Below are positions 48,847 through 59,878 of a stretch of 64,000 bases of DNA, piece by piece. Made by a program: the position numbers and the translations under genes. The stretch is from assembly GCA_028289815.1 (NCBI GenBank), contig JAPYNQ010000020.1, positions 263 through 64,262 of the forward strand. The letters run 5' to 3'. The notes beneath the pieces were generated by a model, which saw only the letters and a list, made by a program, of their open reading frames with translations, did no database searches and was not told the DNA's origin. Every line of letters starts with the position of its first letter. Within the stretch, counting starts at the first letter, position 1. The stretch is from Gammaproteobacteria bacterium (GTDB lineage: Bacteria > Pseudomonadota > Gammaproteobacteria > JAJDYQ01).

Positions 48847-49300
48847 ATGTTTAAGATACTGACATTAAATAGCATTTCTGTGGCGGGACTCGACCGGTTA
48901 CCACGTGACCATTACCAGATTTTGTCTGAAACCCAACATCCTGCTGCGATCATTCAGGACACATGACATGGAAATCCCCAGCATCCTGAAGGTGATCGGT
49001 CGTGCCGGTGCCGGAGTGAACAATATTCCGGTTGAAGCCATGAGTGAGTGCGGCATTACTGTAAAGCTGCCACGAATAGCGGGCAGCCATCGCCTCGCCG
49101 TTGTGAACTCCAATGTTCCTGACATGGTCGGCAGGATTGCTCACTGCCTGGGTGAGACTAACCACAATATTACACACATGGTGAATGAGTCGCGCAAAGA
49201 TATCGCTTATACATTGATGGATATTGACGCGGCGGCTCCGCAGGAGCTTATTGATACCATCTGCAGTATTGATGGCGTCTTGTCAGCCAAGGCACTTTAG
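48847..49300 (+). pseudogene. serA: D-3-phosphoglycerate dehydrogenase pseudogene (frameshift plus large internal deletion)
   Basis: MFKILTLNSISVAGLDRLP.. then shifted ILLRS..IGRAGAGVNNIPV..GIT fused directly to ACT domain RLAVVNSNVPDMVGRI; NAD-binding domain absent. Confidence 0.88.
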
Positions 49301-49342
49301 TCGCTTGTCAGGGTCCCGCTTTTATACAGTCTTTAGTCACCC

Positions 49343-50437
49343 ATGGTAAACAACGAAAAAGAGCAGCTCAGTTCAATTCGACGGGAAATTGATGATCTGG
49401 ATATCCGAATCCAAGAATTAATTTCACGCAGGTCCGAGTGCGCAAGAGAGATTGCCCAGATAAAGCGGGCGTCCAATCCAGAGCTTGTCAATTTTTATCG
49501 ACCGGAGCGTGAGGCCGAAGTATTAAGAGGCGTAAAAGCCAGAAATAAAGGTCCGTTGGATGATGAAGTGATTGTTACAATTTTTCGTCAGATTATGTCG
49601 GCTTCTCTGGCGCTCCAACTGCCGTTACGGGTCGCGTATCTGGGGCCGGAGGGAACCTATACCCATGCTGCCGCCTTGAAGCAGTTTGGTTCTTCAATCA
49701 AGCTGATCGCACTGGCAGCCATTGATGAGATTTTTCATGAAGTAGAATCTGGAAATATTTCTTATGGTATTGTTCCTGTTGAAAATTCTACTGAAGGAAT
49801 AGTCAATCATACGCTCGATATGTTCCTCGATTCGACATTGAATATCTGCGGAGAAGTGTCCTTGAGAATTCACCATCACCTACTCTCTAATGAAGGGAAC
49901 CTTAGTCAAGTGAGTACGGTATTCGGCCATCCGCAGGCGCTGGCCCAATGTCGCCGGTGGTTAAATACCAATCTCCCTGATATTGCACAGGTTGCAGCCT
50001 CAAGTAACGCAGAGGCCGCCGATATTGCTGTAAAAACCCCGGGGGCAGCTGCCACCGCCTCCGAATCGGCAGCAGCCCTATATCATCTGCAATTTCTGGC
50101 CAGAAATATTGAAGACGATCCAAACAACACTACCCGTTTTTTCCTCATCGGAAAACAGCAAACAAAACCGAGTGGTAACGACAAGACATCGCTGCTGCTT
50201 TCAACAGCCAATCGTCCCGGCGCGTTATATGCCATGCTGTCACCGATTGCTGAAAATGGTGTGAGCATGACAAGAATTGAGTCGCGTCCATCCCGGCGTG
50301 TGGCTTGGGACTATGTATTCTTTGTCGATGTCGAGGGGCATCAAACAGATACAGATATCTCAAAGGTTTTGTCTGAATTGCGGGACAGCCACTTTCTGGT
50401 TAGAGTGTTGGGTTCTTACCCGGTCAGCGTACCATAG
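49343..50437 (+). CDS. pheA: Chorismate mutase/prephenate dehydratase
   Basis: IRREIDDLD, YRPERE, AYLGPEGTY, VPVENSTEG, NTTRF, IESRPS. Confidence 0.96.
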   Translation: MVNNEKEQLSSIRREIDDLDIRIQELISRRSECAREIAQIKRASNPELVNFYRPEREAEVLRGVKARNKGPLDDEVIVTIFRQIMSASLALQLPLRVAYLGPEGTYTHAAALKQFGSSIKLIALAAIDEIFHEVESGNISYGIVPVENSTEGIVNHTLDMFLDSTLNICGEVSLRIHHHLLSNEGNLSQVSTVFGHPQALAQCRRWLNTNLPDIAQVAASSNAEAADIAVKTPGAAATASESAAALYHLQFLARNIEDDPNNTTRFFLIGKQQTKPSGNDKTSLLLSTANRPGALYAMLSPIAENGVSMTRIESRPSRRVAWDYVFFVDVEGHQTDTDISKVLSELRDSHFLVRVLGSYPVSVP

Positions 50438-50439
50438 CC

Positions 50440-51549
50440 ATGCCGCTCATTGATTTAACTGCCCCCGGCATTGACGGGCTAAAGCCATACCAATTCGGAA
50501 AATCAATTGAAAAATTGCAACACGAATCGGGTATCACTGATGCCATCAAGCTGGCATCCAATGAAAATCCATTTGGTCCCAGCCCGAAAGCACTGGCTGC
50601 CACCGTCGCAAAGCTTGGCGAAATCTCCTTCTATCCGGATGGTAGTGGTTGTGCGTTGCGCACAGCATTGGGGGAATATCATGGTTTGGATGCTGATTTT
50701 ATTACTATCGGTAATGGTTCAAATGAAATCCTGGAGCTGGTTGCGCGATTGTTCCTGATGCCGGGGACGCAGGCGATGTTCCCGCAACATGCATTTGCGG
50801 TTTATCCGATAGTTACGCAGGCGGCCGGTGCCGAAGCCTTGGTCGTGCCGGTCGGCAGGGAAACCTATCGAGTTGAACTCGACAGCATGGTGTCTGCATT
50901 GAGTGATCAGGTACGCGTATTGTTTCTGGCAAATCCCAACAATCCGACTGGAACCTGGCTAACGGCAACCGAACTGTATGGTTTTATTTCCCGGATTCCA
51001 CCACGAGTCATTATTGTACTTGACGAAGCCTATTTTGAGTATGTTGAAAAAGAGGGTTATGAGTCTGCGATACGATGGATTGCGGATTTTCCCAATCTGC
51101 TGGTAACGCGCACATTTTCTAAAATATACGGTTTGGCGGGCTTTCGTATTGGTTACTCGGTTTCTCAACCTGAGCTGGCAGAACTGTTGAATCGTGTCCG
51201 TCAGCCGTTTAATACCAATATGCCAGCTCAGGTAGCGGCACTGGCCGCGCTGGATGATGATACTCATGTGCAGCAAAGTCGTGAAAAGAACCTTGCTGGC
51301 ATGCAACAACTAGAGTCTGTATTTAATGATATGGGGCTATCCTGGATTCCTTCCGCCGGTAACTTTATCTGTGTGAATTTCAACCGCGAAGCCATGCCGA
51401 TTTACGATACCTTACTGCGCGAGGGAGTCATCGTGCGCCCGGTTGCCAGCTATGACTTACCGGATTGCCTGCGTGTCACAATAGGCTCTGAATCCGAAAA
51501 CAAACGCTTTGCCGGGGCATTAAAAAAAGCGATGCAGGCTATTTTTTGA
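50440..51549 (+). CDS. hisC: Histidinol-phosphate aminotransferase
   Basis: KLASNENP, GNGSNE, NPNNPTG, DEAY, RTFSKIYGLAGFRIG. Confidence 0.93.
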   Translation: MPLIDLTAPGIDGLKPYQFGKSIEKLQHESGITDAIKLASNENPFGPSPKALAATVAKLGEISFYPDGSGCALRTALGEYHGLDADFITIGNGSNEILELVARLFLMPGTQAMFPQHAFAVYPIVTQAAGAEALVVPVGRETYRVELDSMVSALSDQVRVLFLANPNNPTGTWLTATELYGFISRIPPRVIIVLDEAYFEYVEKEGYESAIRWIADFPNLLVTRTFSKIYGLAGFRIGYSVSQPELAELLNRVRQPFNTNMPAQVAALAALDDDTHVQQSREKNLAGMQQLESVFNDMGLSWIPSAGNFICVNFNREAMPIYDTLLREGVIVRPVASYDLPDCLRVTIGSESENKRFAGALKKAMQAIF

Positions 51550-52433
51550 TTAATCGTTTATGCATTATCGGCGTGGGCCTGATAGGAGGATCGCTGGCCC
51601 TTGCCCTGAAGAAATACAGTGCCTGCCAGTATATTATCGGTTGTGGGCGCAGCATTGAAAATCTGCATAACGCCATTGAGCTCGGCGTGATTGATGATTA
51701 TCACACCGATCCGGCGGTAGCGGTACAGGGTTGTGATGTCGTGTTACTGGCTATACCGGTGGGTGGTATGCGTACGGTTATGGCCGCCATTAAGCCCGCC
51801 TTGACTGAGAACATGGTAATCACTGATGCTGGCAGTACCAAGGGATCGATTATTGAGGGGGCTCGCGAAGTGTTTGGGGATCTGCCTGGAGGCCTGATCC
51901 CGGGGCACCCTGTTGCGGGCAATGAAAACAGTGGAGTTATTGCGGCCACGGCTGATCTGTATCGAGGATGTCGTGTGATTTTGACTCCGCATGAAAACAG
52001 TCATGAAGACGCATTGAACACGGTCACTGCTATGTGGCGGGCGACCGGGGCTCAAGTGAATTATATGGACGCTGAACTGCATGATCATATACTGGCATCC
52101 ACCAGTCATCTGCCCCATATGCTGGCATTTTCACTGGTGCGTGAACTGGTAAACAGCCCGCATCATGATAATATTTTTCGCTATGCGGCGGGGGGGCTTC
52201 GTGACTTTACTCGAATTGCGGAAAGTGATCCGGTGATGTGGCGTGACATATGCTTATCCAACAAGGATGCCATCCTTGCGGCCATTGACCGCTATCGCGA
52301 TGAGTTGGAGCGGCTGCAACGGGCTATTTGCGAATCTGATGCGGATACCATGCACAATATGTTTGCCGAGGCCCACGATGCTCGTGCGCGCTTCAGGTGC
52401 CTATTGGATATTCAGGAACAGGATTGCCAGTAA
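51546..52433 (+). CDS. tyrA: Prephenate/arogenate dehydrogenase
   Basis: GVGLIGGS, TDAGSTK, GHPVAG, HD...A.TSHLPH, GGLRDFTRIA. Confidence 0.92.
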   Translation: MINRLCIIGVGLIGGSLALALKKYSACQYIIGCGRSIENLHNAIELGVIDDYHTDPAVAVQGCDVVLLAIPVGGMRTVMAAIKPALTENMVITDAGSTKGSIIEGAREVFGDLPGGLIPGHPVAGNENSGVIAATADLYRGCRVILTPHENSHEDALNTVTAMWRATGAQVNYMDAELHDHILASTSHLPHMLAFSLVRELVNSPHHDNIFRYAAGGLRDFTRIAESDPVMWRDICLSNKDAILAAIDRYRDELERLQRAICESDADTMHNMFAEAHDARARFRCLLDIQEQDCQ

Positions 52434-52445
52434 GCGGTTGTCATA

Positions 52446-53804
52446 ATGAGTAACCAGGTAAATTTCATTGCTTCGCCGGCACAGCGACTGACGGGTGACA
52501 TTTGCGTGCCGGGTGATAAATCAATTTCGCATCGCTCCATTATGCTGGGTTCTCTGGCAGATGGCACAACCCGGGTGCGTGGTTTCCTGGATGGTAAGGA
52601 TTGTCTGGCGACTCTGAATGCCTTCCGCACTATGGGTGTGAAAATTGAAGGCCCGGACAACGGTCGAGTGGTAATTCACGGTGTCGGCACTGATGGCCTG
52701 AAAGACCCGGCTCGTGCTCTGGATATGGGTAATTCCGGTACTGGTATGCGTTTGATGGCTGGCTTGATGGCGGGTCAATCTTTTGATTCAGTGATGGTAG
52801 GCGATGATTCATTGATGTCGCGCCCCATGCGCCGAGTGGCCAAACCGTTGGTGAGCATGGGGGCAAATATTGCTACCACGGAAACCGGAACCGCACCGAT
52901 TGCGATAACAGGCAGTACCCCTTTAAGGGGGATAGACTATAAGCTCCCTATTGCCAGTGCCCAGATAAAATCCTGCATACTGCTGGCGGGTCTGTATGCC
53001 AAAGGGAAGACCAGGGTGATTGAACCGGCACCCGTTCGCGACCATACTGAAAAGATGTTGAGGAGCTTTGGATATGAGGTAAATAACCCACAGCCAGGCG
53101 TATTCAGCCTGACTGGCGGGAAGCGTCTGTCGGCGACGGAGATTAATGTACCTGCTGACATTTCTTCGGCGGCATTTTTCATGGTGGGGGCCAGTATTGC
53201 GGAGAATTCTGATATTACCTTGCGGCATGTCGGCGTGAATCCCACTCGTACAGGCATTATCAATGTACTGCGCCTGATGGGAGCGGATATAAGCATTGAG
53301 AATGAGCGCACAGCCGGCAATGAACCCGTAGCAGATGTTCGGGTTCGTTCAGCACCTCTCAAAGGTGTGCACATACCGGAAAAACTGGTGTCGTTGGCCA
53401 TCGACGAATTTCCGGCCATTTTTATTGCCGCATCTTGCGCTGAAGGTGAAACGGTATTAGCCGGTGCGAGAGAACTCCGTGTCAAGGAAAGTGATCGCAT
53501 TCAGGCGATGGTTAATGGCCTGAAAGTTCTTGGCGTAAATGCCAGGCCGGCACAAGATGGTGCTGTCATACAAGGAGGAGAAGGCTTTTCATCGGGCATG
53601 ATAGAAAGTTGTGGTGACCATCGTATTGCTATGTCATTTGTCATGGCATCCCTGCGAGCCAGCGGCGACATTACCATTAATGATTGCGCAAATGTTGATA
53701 CTTCCTTCCCTGATTTTACCGGGCTGGCGAACCGGTCGGGGCTATCCATAGACGTGGATGGTAAACCGGGGCATCAGCCGGTTATGGGCGATCATCCATG
53801 CTGA
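52446..53804 (+). CDS. aroA: EPSP synthase
   Basis: PGDKSISHR, LDMGNSGT, ASAQIKS, ELRVKESDRI, GDHRIAM. Confidence 0.97.
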   Translation: MSNQVNFIASPAQRLTGDICVPGDKSISHRSIMLGSLADGTTRVRGFLDGKDCLATLNAFRTMGVKIEGPDNGRVVIHGVGTDGLKDPARALDMGNSGTGMRLMAGLMAGQSFDSVMVGDDSLMSRPMRRVAKPLVSMGANIATTETGTAPIAITGSTPLRGIDYKLPIASAQIKSCILLAGLYAKGKTRVIEPAPVRDHTEKMLRSFGYEVNNPQPGVFSLTGGKRLSATEINVPADISSAAFFMVGASIAENSDITLRHVGVNPTRTGIINVLRLMGADISIENERTAGNEPVADVRVRSAPLKGVHIPEKLVSLAIDEFPAIFIAASCAEGETVLAGARELRVKESDRIQAMVNGLKVLGVNARPAQDGAVIQGGEGFSSGMIESCGDHRIAMSFVMASLRASGDITINDCANVDTSFPDFTGLANRSGLSIDVDGKPGHQPVMGDHPC

Positions 53805-53880
53805 TCCGGGATTCTTCAGGGATGGTTTTTGACGGCCAGTACAGGCCCTTGTCTGTCAACAGGCAGGATATCAGATAAAT

Positions 53881-54552
53881 ATGACCATGCCTGTCATTGC
53901 CATTGATGGTCCCAGTGGTTCGGGCAAAGGTACAATTGCCCGTTTGCTGGCGGATAACCTTGGCTGGCATCTGCTAGATAGTGGCGCGCTGTACCGGGCT
54001 TTGGTCCATGCCGCGCAACAGCAAGGCATATCGACTCACGTGGAATCTGACGATCTGATCGGGCTGGCGGAAAATCTACCCGTCAGCTTTGGCACGATAA
54101 GTGGCAATATCCACACTCTGCTTAATGGAAAAAACGTTGAGGCCCATATTCGCGCAGAAACCACGGGTAATATAGCATCTGAAATAGCAACGATGGATGG
54201 CATCCGAGAAGCTTTGTTAAGGCGTCAGCGTGACTTTGCCGAGGCACCGGGCCTTGTGGCTGACGGCAGAGATATGGGTACTATTGTGTTTCCGGATGCT
54301 GCCGCCAAAATTTTTTTGACCGCAAGCCCCGTCACTCGAGCAAATAGACGCTACAACCAGTTGAAAGAAAAGGGGGTTTATGTTAACTTGGACAATCTTT
54401 TGCAGGATCTCAGAGAGAGAGACGAACGCGATACCAGTCGTGTCGCCTCTCCTTTACATCCTGCAGCAGATGCTTATTTACTGGATTCAACCGGATTAGG
54501 TATTGAGCAGGTTCTGCAAAGGATAAAGCAATATCTGCAGGACAAGTTGTAA
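53881..54552 (+). CDS. cmk: Cytidylate kinase
   Basis: IDGPSGSGKGT, LDSGALYR, ADGRDMGT. Confidence 0.97.
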   Translation: MTMPVIAIDGPSGSGKGTIARLLADNLGWHLLDSGALYRALVHAAQQQGISTHVESDDLIGLAENLPVSFGTISGNIHTLLNGKNVEAHIRAETTGNIASEIATMDGIREALLRRQRDFAEAPGLVADGRDMGTIVFPDAAAKIFLTASPVTRANRRYNQLKEKGVYVNLDNLLQDLRERDERDTSRVASPLHPAADAYLLDSTGLGIEQVLQRIKQYLQDKL

Positions 54553-54809
54553 TTCGGAATGATATGCACAGAAAGCAAATGTGCCCCTGCTTTCCTGATT
54601 GCAGTCAACGACTTGATTTTAGTGATTCATCCCTGTATCGCAGCAAGTTTTGAATAAATCAGATCATTGCTTTAACGTGGCTGTTGCTATCCATTCTTGC
54701 CGGGATAGCAGCAGCTATTACCAATTTTACCACGACAGGCAAGCCTCAGCAGATTGTTGGTGGAGCGTTGTGCAATCGACCCGGTGGGTCGGGAAGAAGG
54801 TTATTCAAA

Positions 54810-56489
54810 ATGAGTGAAAATTTTGCCGAATTATTTGAAGAAAGCGCAAAGAACCTGGACATGCGTCCGGGTATGATCGTCACAGCCGAGATAGTGGAGA
54901 TCGGCCCGGATATGGTTGTGGTGGACGCAGATTTGAAATCTGAGGGAATTATCCCACTGGAGCAGTTTAGGGGTCCTGGCGGTGAAATAGAGGTTCAAAA
55001 AGGTGACAGGGTTGAAGTTACCGTTGAGGCGCTTGAAGATGGTTTTGGTGAAACCAGGCTGTCTCGCGAAAAAGCCAAGCGGACTCGTTCCTGGGAAAAA
55101 CTGGAAAAAATCATGGAGTGCAATGAAACTGTTAAGGGCACTGTTACCGGCAAGGTGAAGGGTGGCTTCACAGTAGAGCTAAGCGATATTCGGGCATTCC
55201 TGCCGGCTTCTCTGGTTGATGTTCGTCCCATTCGCGACCCTTCTTACCTGGAAGGTAAAGACTTTGATTTCAAGCTCATCAAGCTGGATCAAAAGCGTAA
55301 TAATGTGGTGGTTTCGCGCCGTGCTGTTGTTGAATCCGAATACAGCGAGGAGCGTGAACAGTTATTGTCCAGTATGGAAGAAGGCAAGATCATGACCGGC
55401 GTGATCAAGAATCTTATTGACTACGGCGCGTTTGTTGATCTTGGTGGTGTCGATGGCCTGTTACACATCACCGATATGGCCTGGAAACGTGTTAAGCATC
55501 CCTCTGAAATAGTTGAGGTTGGTCAGGAAGTCGAAGTTAAGATTCTCAAGTTTGACAAAGAAAAGAACCGTGTATCCCTGGGACTGAAACAGCTGGGTGA
55601 CGATCCATGGATTGATCTTGCGCGTCGTTATCCGGAAGGTACGCGCCTCTTTGGTAACGTCACTAATATTGCTGACTATGGCTGCTTTGTTGAAATTGAG
55701 GAAGGCGTTGAAGGCCTGGTACATGTCTCTGAAATGGACTGGACAAACAAGAATGTCAGCCCGTCCAGAGTTGTTACCATCGGTGAAGAAGTTGAGGTTT
55801 CAATACTGGATATAGATGAAGAGCGCCGTCGTATTTCTCTCGGCATGAAACAGTGCCAGCCAAACCCATGGGATGAGTTTGCAGCCACCCATAACAAGGG
55901 TGATACGGTTTCCGGTCAGGTCAAGTCAATTACTGATTTCGGTATCTTTATTGGTTTGCCGGGCAGGATTGATGGTTTGGTTCACCTCTCTGACATTTCC
56001 TGGAATATCCCAGGCGAAGAAGCGGTTCGTAATTATAGGAAAGGTCAGCAAGTTGAAGCGGTTGTTATAGCTGTTGATTCCGAGCGAGAGCGTATCTCAC
56101 TGAGTATCAAGCAAATGAATCAGGATCCTTTCTCCAATTACGTTGCAGTCAATCCGAAAGGTAGTATTGTAACCGGCAGGGTTAAAGAGATTGACGCCAG
56201 GGCGGCAACCATTGACTTGGGTGACAGCGTTGAAGGCCAGATACGTATTTCCGAAATATCTCGTAACCATATAGAGGATATCCATGTCGTTCTAAATATT
56301 GATGATGAGGTTAAAGCGAAATTTATGGCAGTTGATCGTAAGAACCGAGTGATTCTGCTGTCGATTAAAGCAATGCAGGCAGACGAAGAAAGTGCAGCAG
56401 TGAAGGAATATGCTGCTACTCCCGCCAGTACCGGCACAACCAGCCTGGGTGATTTTATAAAAGATCAAATGGGGGATAATAAGGAATAA
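54810..56489 (+). CDS. rpsA: 30S ribosomal protein S1
   Basis: [12 protein letters not shown] start, repeated S1 domains ([26 protein letters not shown]). Confidence 0.98.
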   Translation: MSENFAELFEESAKNLDMRPGMIVTAEIVEIGPDMVVVDADLKSEGIIPLEQFRGPGGEIEVQKGDRVEVTVEALEDGFGETRLSREKAKRTRSWEKLEKIMECNETVKGTVTGKVKGGFTVELSDIRAFLPASLVDVRPIRDPSYLEGKDFDFKLIKLDQKRNNVVVSRRAVVESEYSEEREQLLSSMEEGKIMTGVIKNLIDYGAFVDLGGVDGLLHITDMAWKRVKHPSEIVEVGQEVEVKILKFDKEKNRVSLGLKQLGDDPWIDLARRYPEGTRLFGNVTNIADYGCFVEIEEGVEGLVHVSEMDWTNKNVSPSRVVTIGEEVEVSILDIDEERRRISLGMKQCQPNPWDEFAATHNKGDTVSGQVKSITDFGIFIGLPGRIDGLVHLSDISWNIPGEEAVRNYRKGQQVEAVVIAVDSERERISLSIKQMNQDPFSNYVAVNPKGSIVTGRVKEIDARAATIDLGDSVEGQIRISEISRNHIEDIHVVLNIDDEVKAKFMAVDRKNRVILLSIKAMQADEESAAVKEYAATPASTGTTSLGDFIKDQMGDNKE

Positions 56490-56503
56490 AGCCTTTATTA
56501 GAC

Positions 56504-56539
56504 AACAGGCTGCCTGATATTTTTATCAGGTAACCTGTT
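56504..56539 (+). terminator. Long hairpin after rpsA
   Basis: AACAGGCTGCCTGATA-TTTT-TATCAGGTAACCTGTT imperfect 16-bp stem. Confidence 0.5.
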
Positions 56540-56598
56540 CGCTTATTAAGTTATCTTGAGTTATGATCAGGCTCAAGCGACCAGGAGGAGAAGCAGGT

Positions 56599-56919
56599 TT
56601 GAATAAATCAGAATTAACTGAGGCATTATCAACTAAGCTCCGTCACCTCGCCTATCGTGATATTGAGCTGTCGATAAGGCATCTTCTGGAAATTATGAGT
56701 CAGTCGTTATCCAGTGGTGAGCGCATTGAAATTCGGGGGTTTGGTAGCTTTTCCCTGCATCACCGCCCTGCCCGAGTGGGCAGAAATCCAAAAACAGGTG
56801 AACCCATTGCTTTGCCGGCAAAACATGTCCCGCATTTCAAACCAGGTAAAGCCTTAAGAGAAAAAGTTGATCTTGGCATGCAAAACGCTCTACAGCCGGA
56901 AGTCGGACAGGATAACTAG
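56599..56919 (+). CDS. ihfB: Integration host factor beta subunit
   Basis: [37 protein letters not shown]; follows rpsA; TTG start after AGGAGGAG. Confidence 0.95.
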   Translation: MNKSELTEALSTKLRHLAYRDIELSIRHLLEIMSQSLSSGERIEIRGFGSFSLHHRPARVGRNPKTGEPIALPAKHVPHFKPGKALREKVDLGMQNALQPEVGQDN

Positions 56920-57205
56920 CCACGCACTTTACGGAGATTCATTTGTCGTTCGGGTCACAATCACTAAAAATATGGGAATTATAGCAGGAGTTGTGACAAT
57001 ACCGATTTTCTCTTATTTTTTGTTTCTCGGAATCCGGTATTTCGGCCGGTGCCGGGTAGTCATAGCATGACATGGACTGTTATCAAGCCATACTAACAAA
57101 AAGAAAACACTTGCCAGTGTTCCTGGATAGTTCTAAAAAATATGCGTATATTCTGACAAACTCTGACTAATCAGAGCTTGTTTTAGTGATTGTTGCAACA
57201 CCTGA

Positions 57206-58378
57206 ATGACTGACCTGAACCTTGCCTTCCTATTGCTACTACCGGTCGCTGCCGCATCTGGATGGTTTGCTGCATGGCGCAGCAAACGACACACCCAGAC
57301 CTTCCCGATAAGTCGCTTTAACAATGATTACTTCAAGGGGTTGAACTATCTTCTCAATGAGCAGGAGGACAAGGCTATTGAAGTCTTTCTTCGTATGACT
57401 GAAGTCGATAAAGACACAGTGGAAACCCATTTTGCACTAGGGAATTTATTTCGCAAACGTGGTGAGGTTGACAGGGCTATACGTATTCACCAAAACCTGA
57501 TTGCGCGAGAATGTCTTTCGGAAGAATATCGCTCCCAAGCCTTGCTGGCTTTGGCTGAAGACTACATGCGTGCAGGATTGCTGGATCGGGCTGAAGACTT
57601 ATTCAAGGAGATAGTGCAGCGTCCTGGTAACCATGTACGCGCTTTAAGCTATCTAATTGATATCTATGAGCAGGAAAAAGATTGGGTTAGCGCGATTGAG
57701 GCGATCCGTGAGCTGGCGAGGCAGTCTGCAGATAATTATGACAGCGTAACGGCGCAGTATTTTTGCGAACTGGCAGAACAGGCCCGTGAACGTGGTGATA
57801 ACGGTGCGGCTATACGTTATCTGGAAAAGGCCTTATCCACCGATCCAGGCTGCGTGAGAGCCAATTTACTGTCGGGCTATATTCATCAGCAGGCAGGAGA
57901 CTATGAAAAGGCTATTATTGACTATAAAAAGGTACAAGGACAGGATATAGAGTATGTCACAGAAATTATAGATGATTTGCTTTCCTGCTATGTAAAGCTG
58001 GAAAGGCCCTACGATGTTATGCCTCATCTGGATGAGCTTGTAAGTAAATCCAGGGCACTTTCACCGATGCTGGCTCAGGCTTCATTGATTCAAGCAAGAG
58101 ACGGAAACAGAGCAGCGGAACGCTATATTACCGAGCAGCTACGGCGGCGCCCAACTGTTCGTGGCCTTGATAGACTGATTGACGTTCATTTGACACATTG
58201 TGAAGAAAGCGCAAAAGAAAATTTAATGATGTTGAGGGAATTAACACGTAAAATATTACATAATAGGCCCGTATATAGTTGTGTGCGCTGTGGATTCAAA
58301 GGTCGATCATTACACTGGCAATGTCCAGGCTGCAAAAGCTGGCATACCATGAAGCCGGTACATGATGTTGAAGGATAG
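57206..58378 (+). CDS. lapB: Lipopolysaccharide assembly protein B
   Basis: LLPVAAASGW, YFKGLNYLL, LGNLFRKRGEVDRAIRIHQNL, TPRs, CxxCG..WQCPGC rubredoxin. Confidence 0.96.
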   Translation: MTDLNLAFLLLLPVAAASGWFAAWRSKRHTQTFPISRFNNDYFKGLNYLLNEQEDKAIEVFLRMTEVDKDTVETHFALGNLFRKRGEVDRAIRIHQNLIARECLSEEYRSQALLALAEDYMRAGLLDRAEDLFKEIVQRPGNHVRALSYLIDIYEQEKDWVSAIEAIRELARQSADNYDSVTAQYFCELAEQARERGDNGAAIRYLEKALSTDPGCVRANLLSGYIHQQAGDYEKAIIDYKKVQGQDIEYVTEIIDDLLSCYVKLERPYDVMPHLDELVSKSRALSPMLAQASLIQARDGNRAAERYITEQLRRRPTVRGLDRLIDVHLTHCEESAKENLMMLRELTRKILHNRPVYSCVRCGFKGRSLHWQCPGCKSWHTMKPVHDVEG

Positions 58379-58643
58379 TAGCAGGCAATTGTCATGGTTA
58401 ATGAGTACTCCAGGTTAGCAAAGCGCTGAAGCTGATGCAGATAAAATGGCATAAGAAGAACCAGGATATCTTACATCAGATAAAATTCAATCAGCACATC
58501 CAGCAAGCATGAAATAATAGCCATAAGTAAATAATAACAAGACAACAACGTTGTATGGTACGGTAATTATCGCACCAGATATTTTACTATTAAGATATCC
58601 ATTTAGTCATTTTACCAACTCGGATTTTCCAGATAATAATCCA

Positions 58644-59756
58644 TCATTTATCGGCTGATGCCAATCGTTGCAGGCAGCTATAGATTAACTGATCATCAAT
58701 ATTCAACAGGCCTTCACCGACATGAACTTCCATAAAGCTGCCAGTGCCATTGATACTGTCAAGATAAGAAGGATAAAATCTTCCTGCGACCCATACAGCA
58801 GATTCTTGTGCAATATGATCCCGGATACTGTCGAGCCTTGATGGCTTATGCACGAAGTGAATATGGAACATATTGGTTCTGGGCTGTGCGGGATAGCAGA
58901 TCAACCCGGGTATATCTTTAACAAGCTCAGCGATCATTTGCGCACGCCTGACGTAAGTCGGAATATGAGGCAGATGCCGGTCCATGCCCATATGTGCGGC
59001 AATAACCATAGGATGTAACTGATACAGATTCCCCCCGTGGCGTCTGAGCCATACTCGAGCCTCATTGATAAAGATTTTCTCGCCAGCGAGCATGGCACCG
59101 CCAATACCACCCAGAGTTTTGTAAAAAGACACGTAAACTGAATCGAAAGGCCGGGTGATATGAGATAGCTGAAAGTCATTTTCCTGACTGTAATAATATA
59201 AGCACTCCCATAGCCGGGCACCGTCCATATGAATATAAGAGACATACTGACGGGCGGCGTCAGTGACATCTTTAAGCTGTTGCCACTCTGGTAAAAGCCC
59301 GCCGGTCCAACGTTGAGGCAGTTCCAACAGTAATGAGGAGACGGGCTTTTCAAGAGAACAAAAATCATCTGAATTTATCAAGCGCTGGCGATCACCCAGG
59401 AGACTGGCCTGCAAACCATGTAAAAAACGATACCCTTGATATTCATGCACCTCAAGATGGCTGGTTGGATGATAGGCTACCTGGGTTAGGCCGGTCTGAT
59501 CGGCTCGTATGCGCAGAGCAATCTGCTGGGCCATTACGCCACTAGGCATAAACACAGCTGCTTCTTTGCCTAACAGGTGAGCTATTTCGTCCTCAAAATT
59601 ATTTAAAAATCGGCCCTCACCGTATCGGTCGGTATCAATATCAAAGTGCCGGGCATACTCCGCCATATCCCGATACAATGTGGGAATATCAATTCTGCCA
59701 TGCATATGAAAATATTGCCGGCACTGATCGTATAGCGGTATGTTTTTGTTACTCAT
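58644..59756 (-). CDS. Low-specificity L-threonine aldolase / beta-eliminating lyase family
   Basis: LGKEAAVFMPSGVMAQQIAL, HLEVHE, HMDGARLWE, SVYVSFYKTLGG. Confidence 0.85.
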   Translation of the reverse strand: MSNKNIPLYDQCRQYFHMHGRIDIPTLYRDMAEYARHFDIDTDRYGEGRFLNNFEDEIAHLLGKEAAVFMPSGVMAQQIALRIRADQTGLTQVAYHPTSHLEVHEYQGYRFLHGLQASLLGDRQRLINSDDFCSLEKPVSSLLLELPQRWTGGLLPEWQQLKDVTDAARQYVSYIHMDGARLWECLYYYSQENDFQLSHITRPFDSVYVSFYKTLGGIGGAMLAGEKIFINEARVWLRRHGGNLYQLHPMVIAAHMGMDRHLPHIPTYVRRAQMIAELVKDIPGLICYPAQPRTNMFHIHFVHKPSRLDSIRDHIAQESAVWVAGRFYPSYLDSINGTGSFMEVHVGEGLLNIDDQLIYSCLQRLASADK

Positions 59757-59878
59757 ATTTCCGTCCTGCGCCGGACAGCGAATGTTCCTGTCGATCTCAA
59801 TGGCGGAGGCGAGCCCAAAGCGAACATGGCAAATGAACTTATCGCAGTATTCCCGCAAGCTGTCATCGTCTATCCTGC

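Noticed and set aside
19079-49300. Sequencing error as the cause of the pseudogenes
   Set aside because: Lesions cluster in dispensable genes and include motif-destroying substitutions and large deletions, while long core genes (gltB, gyrA, rpsA) are clean.
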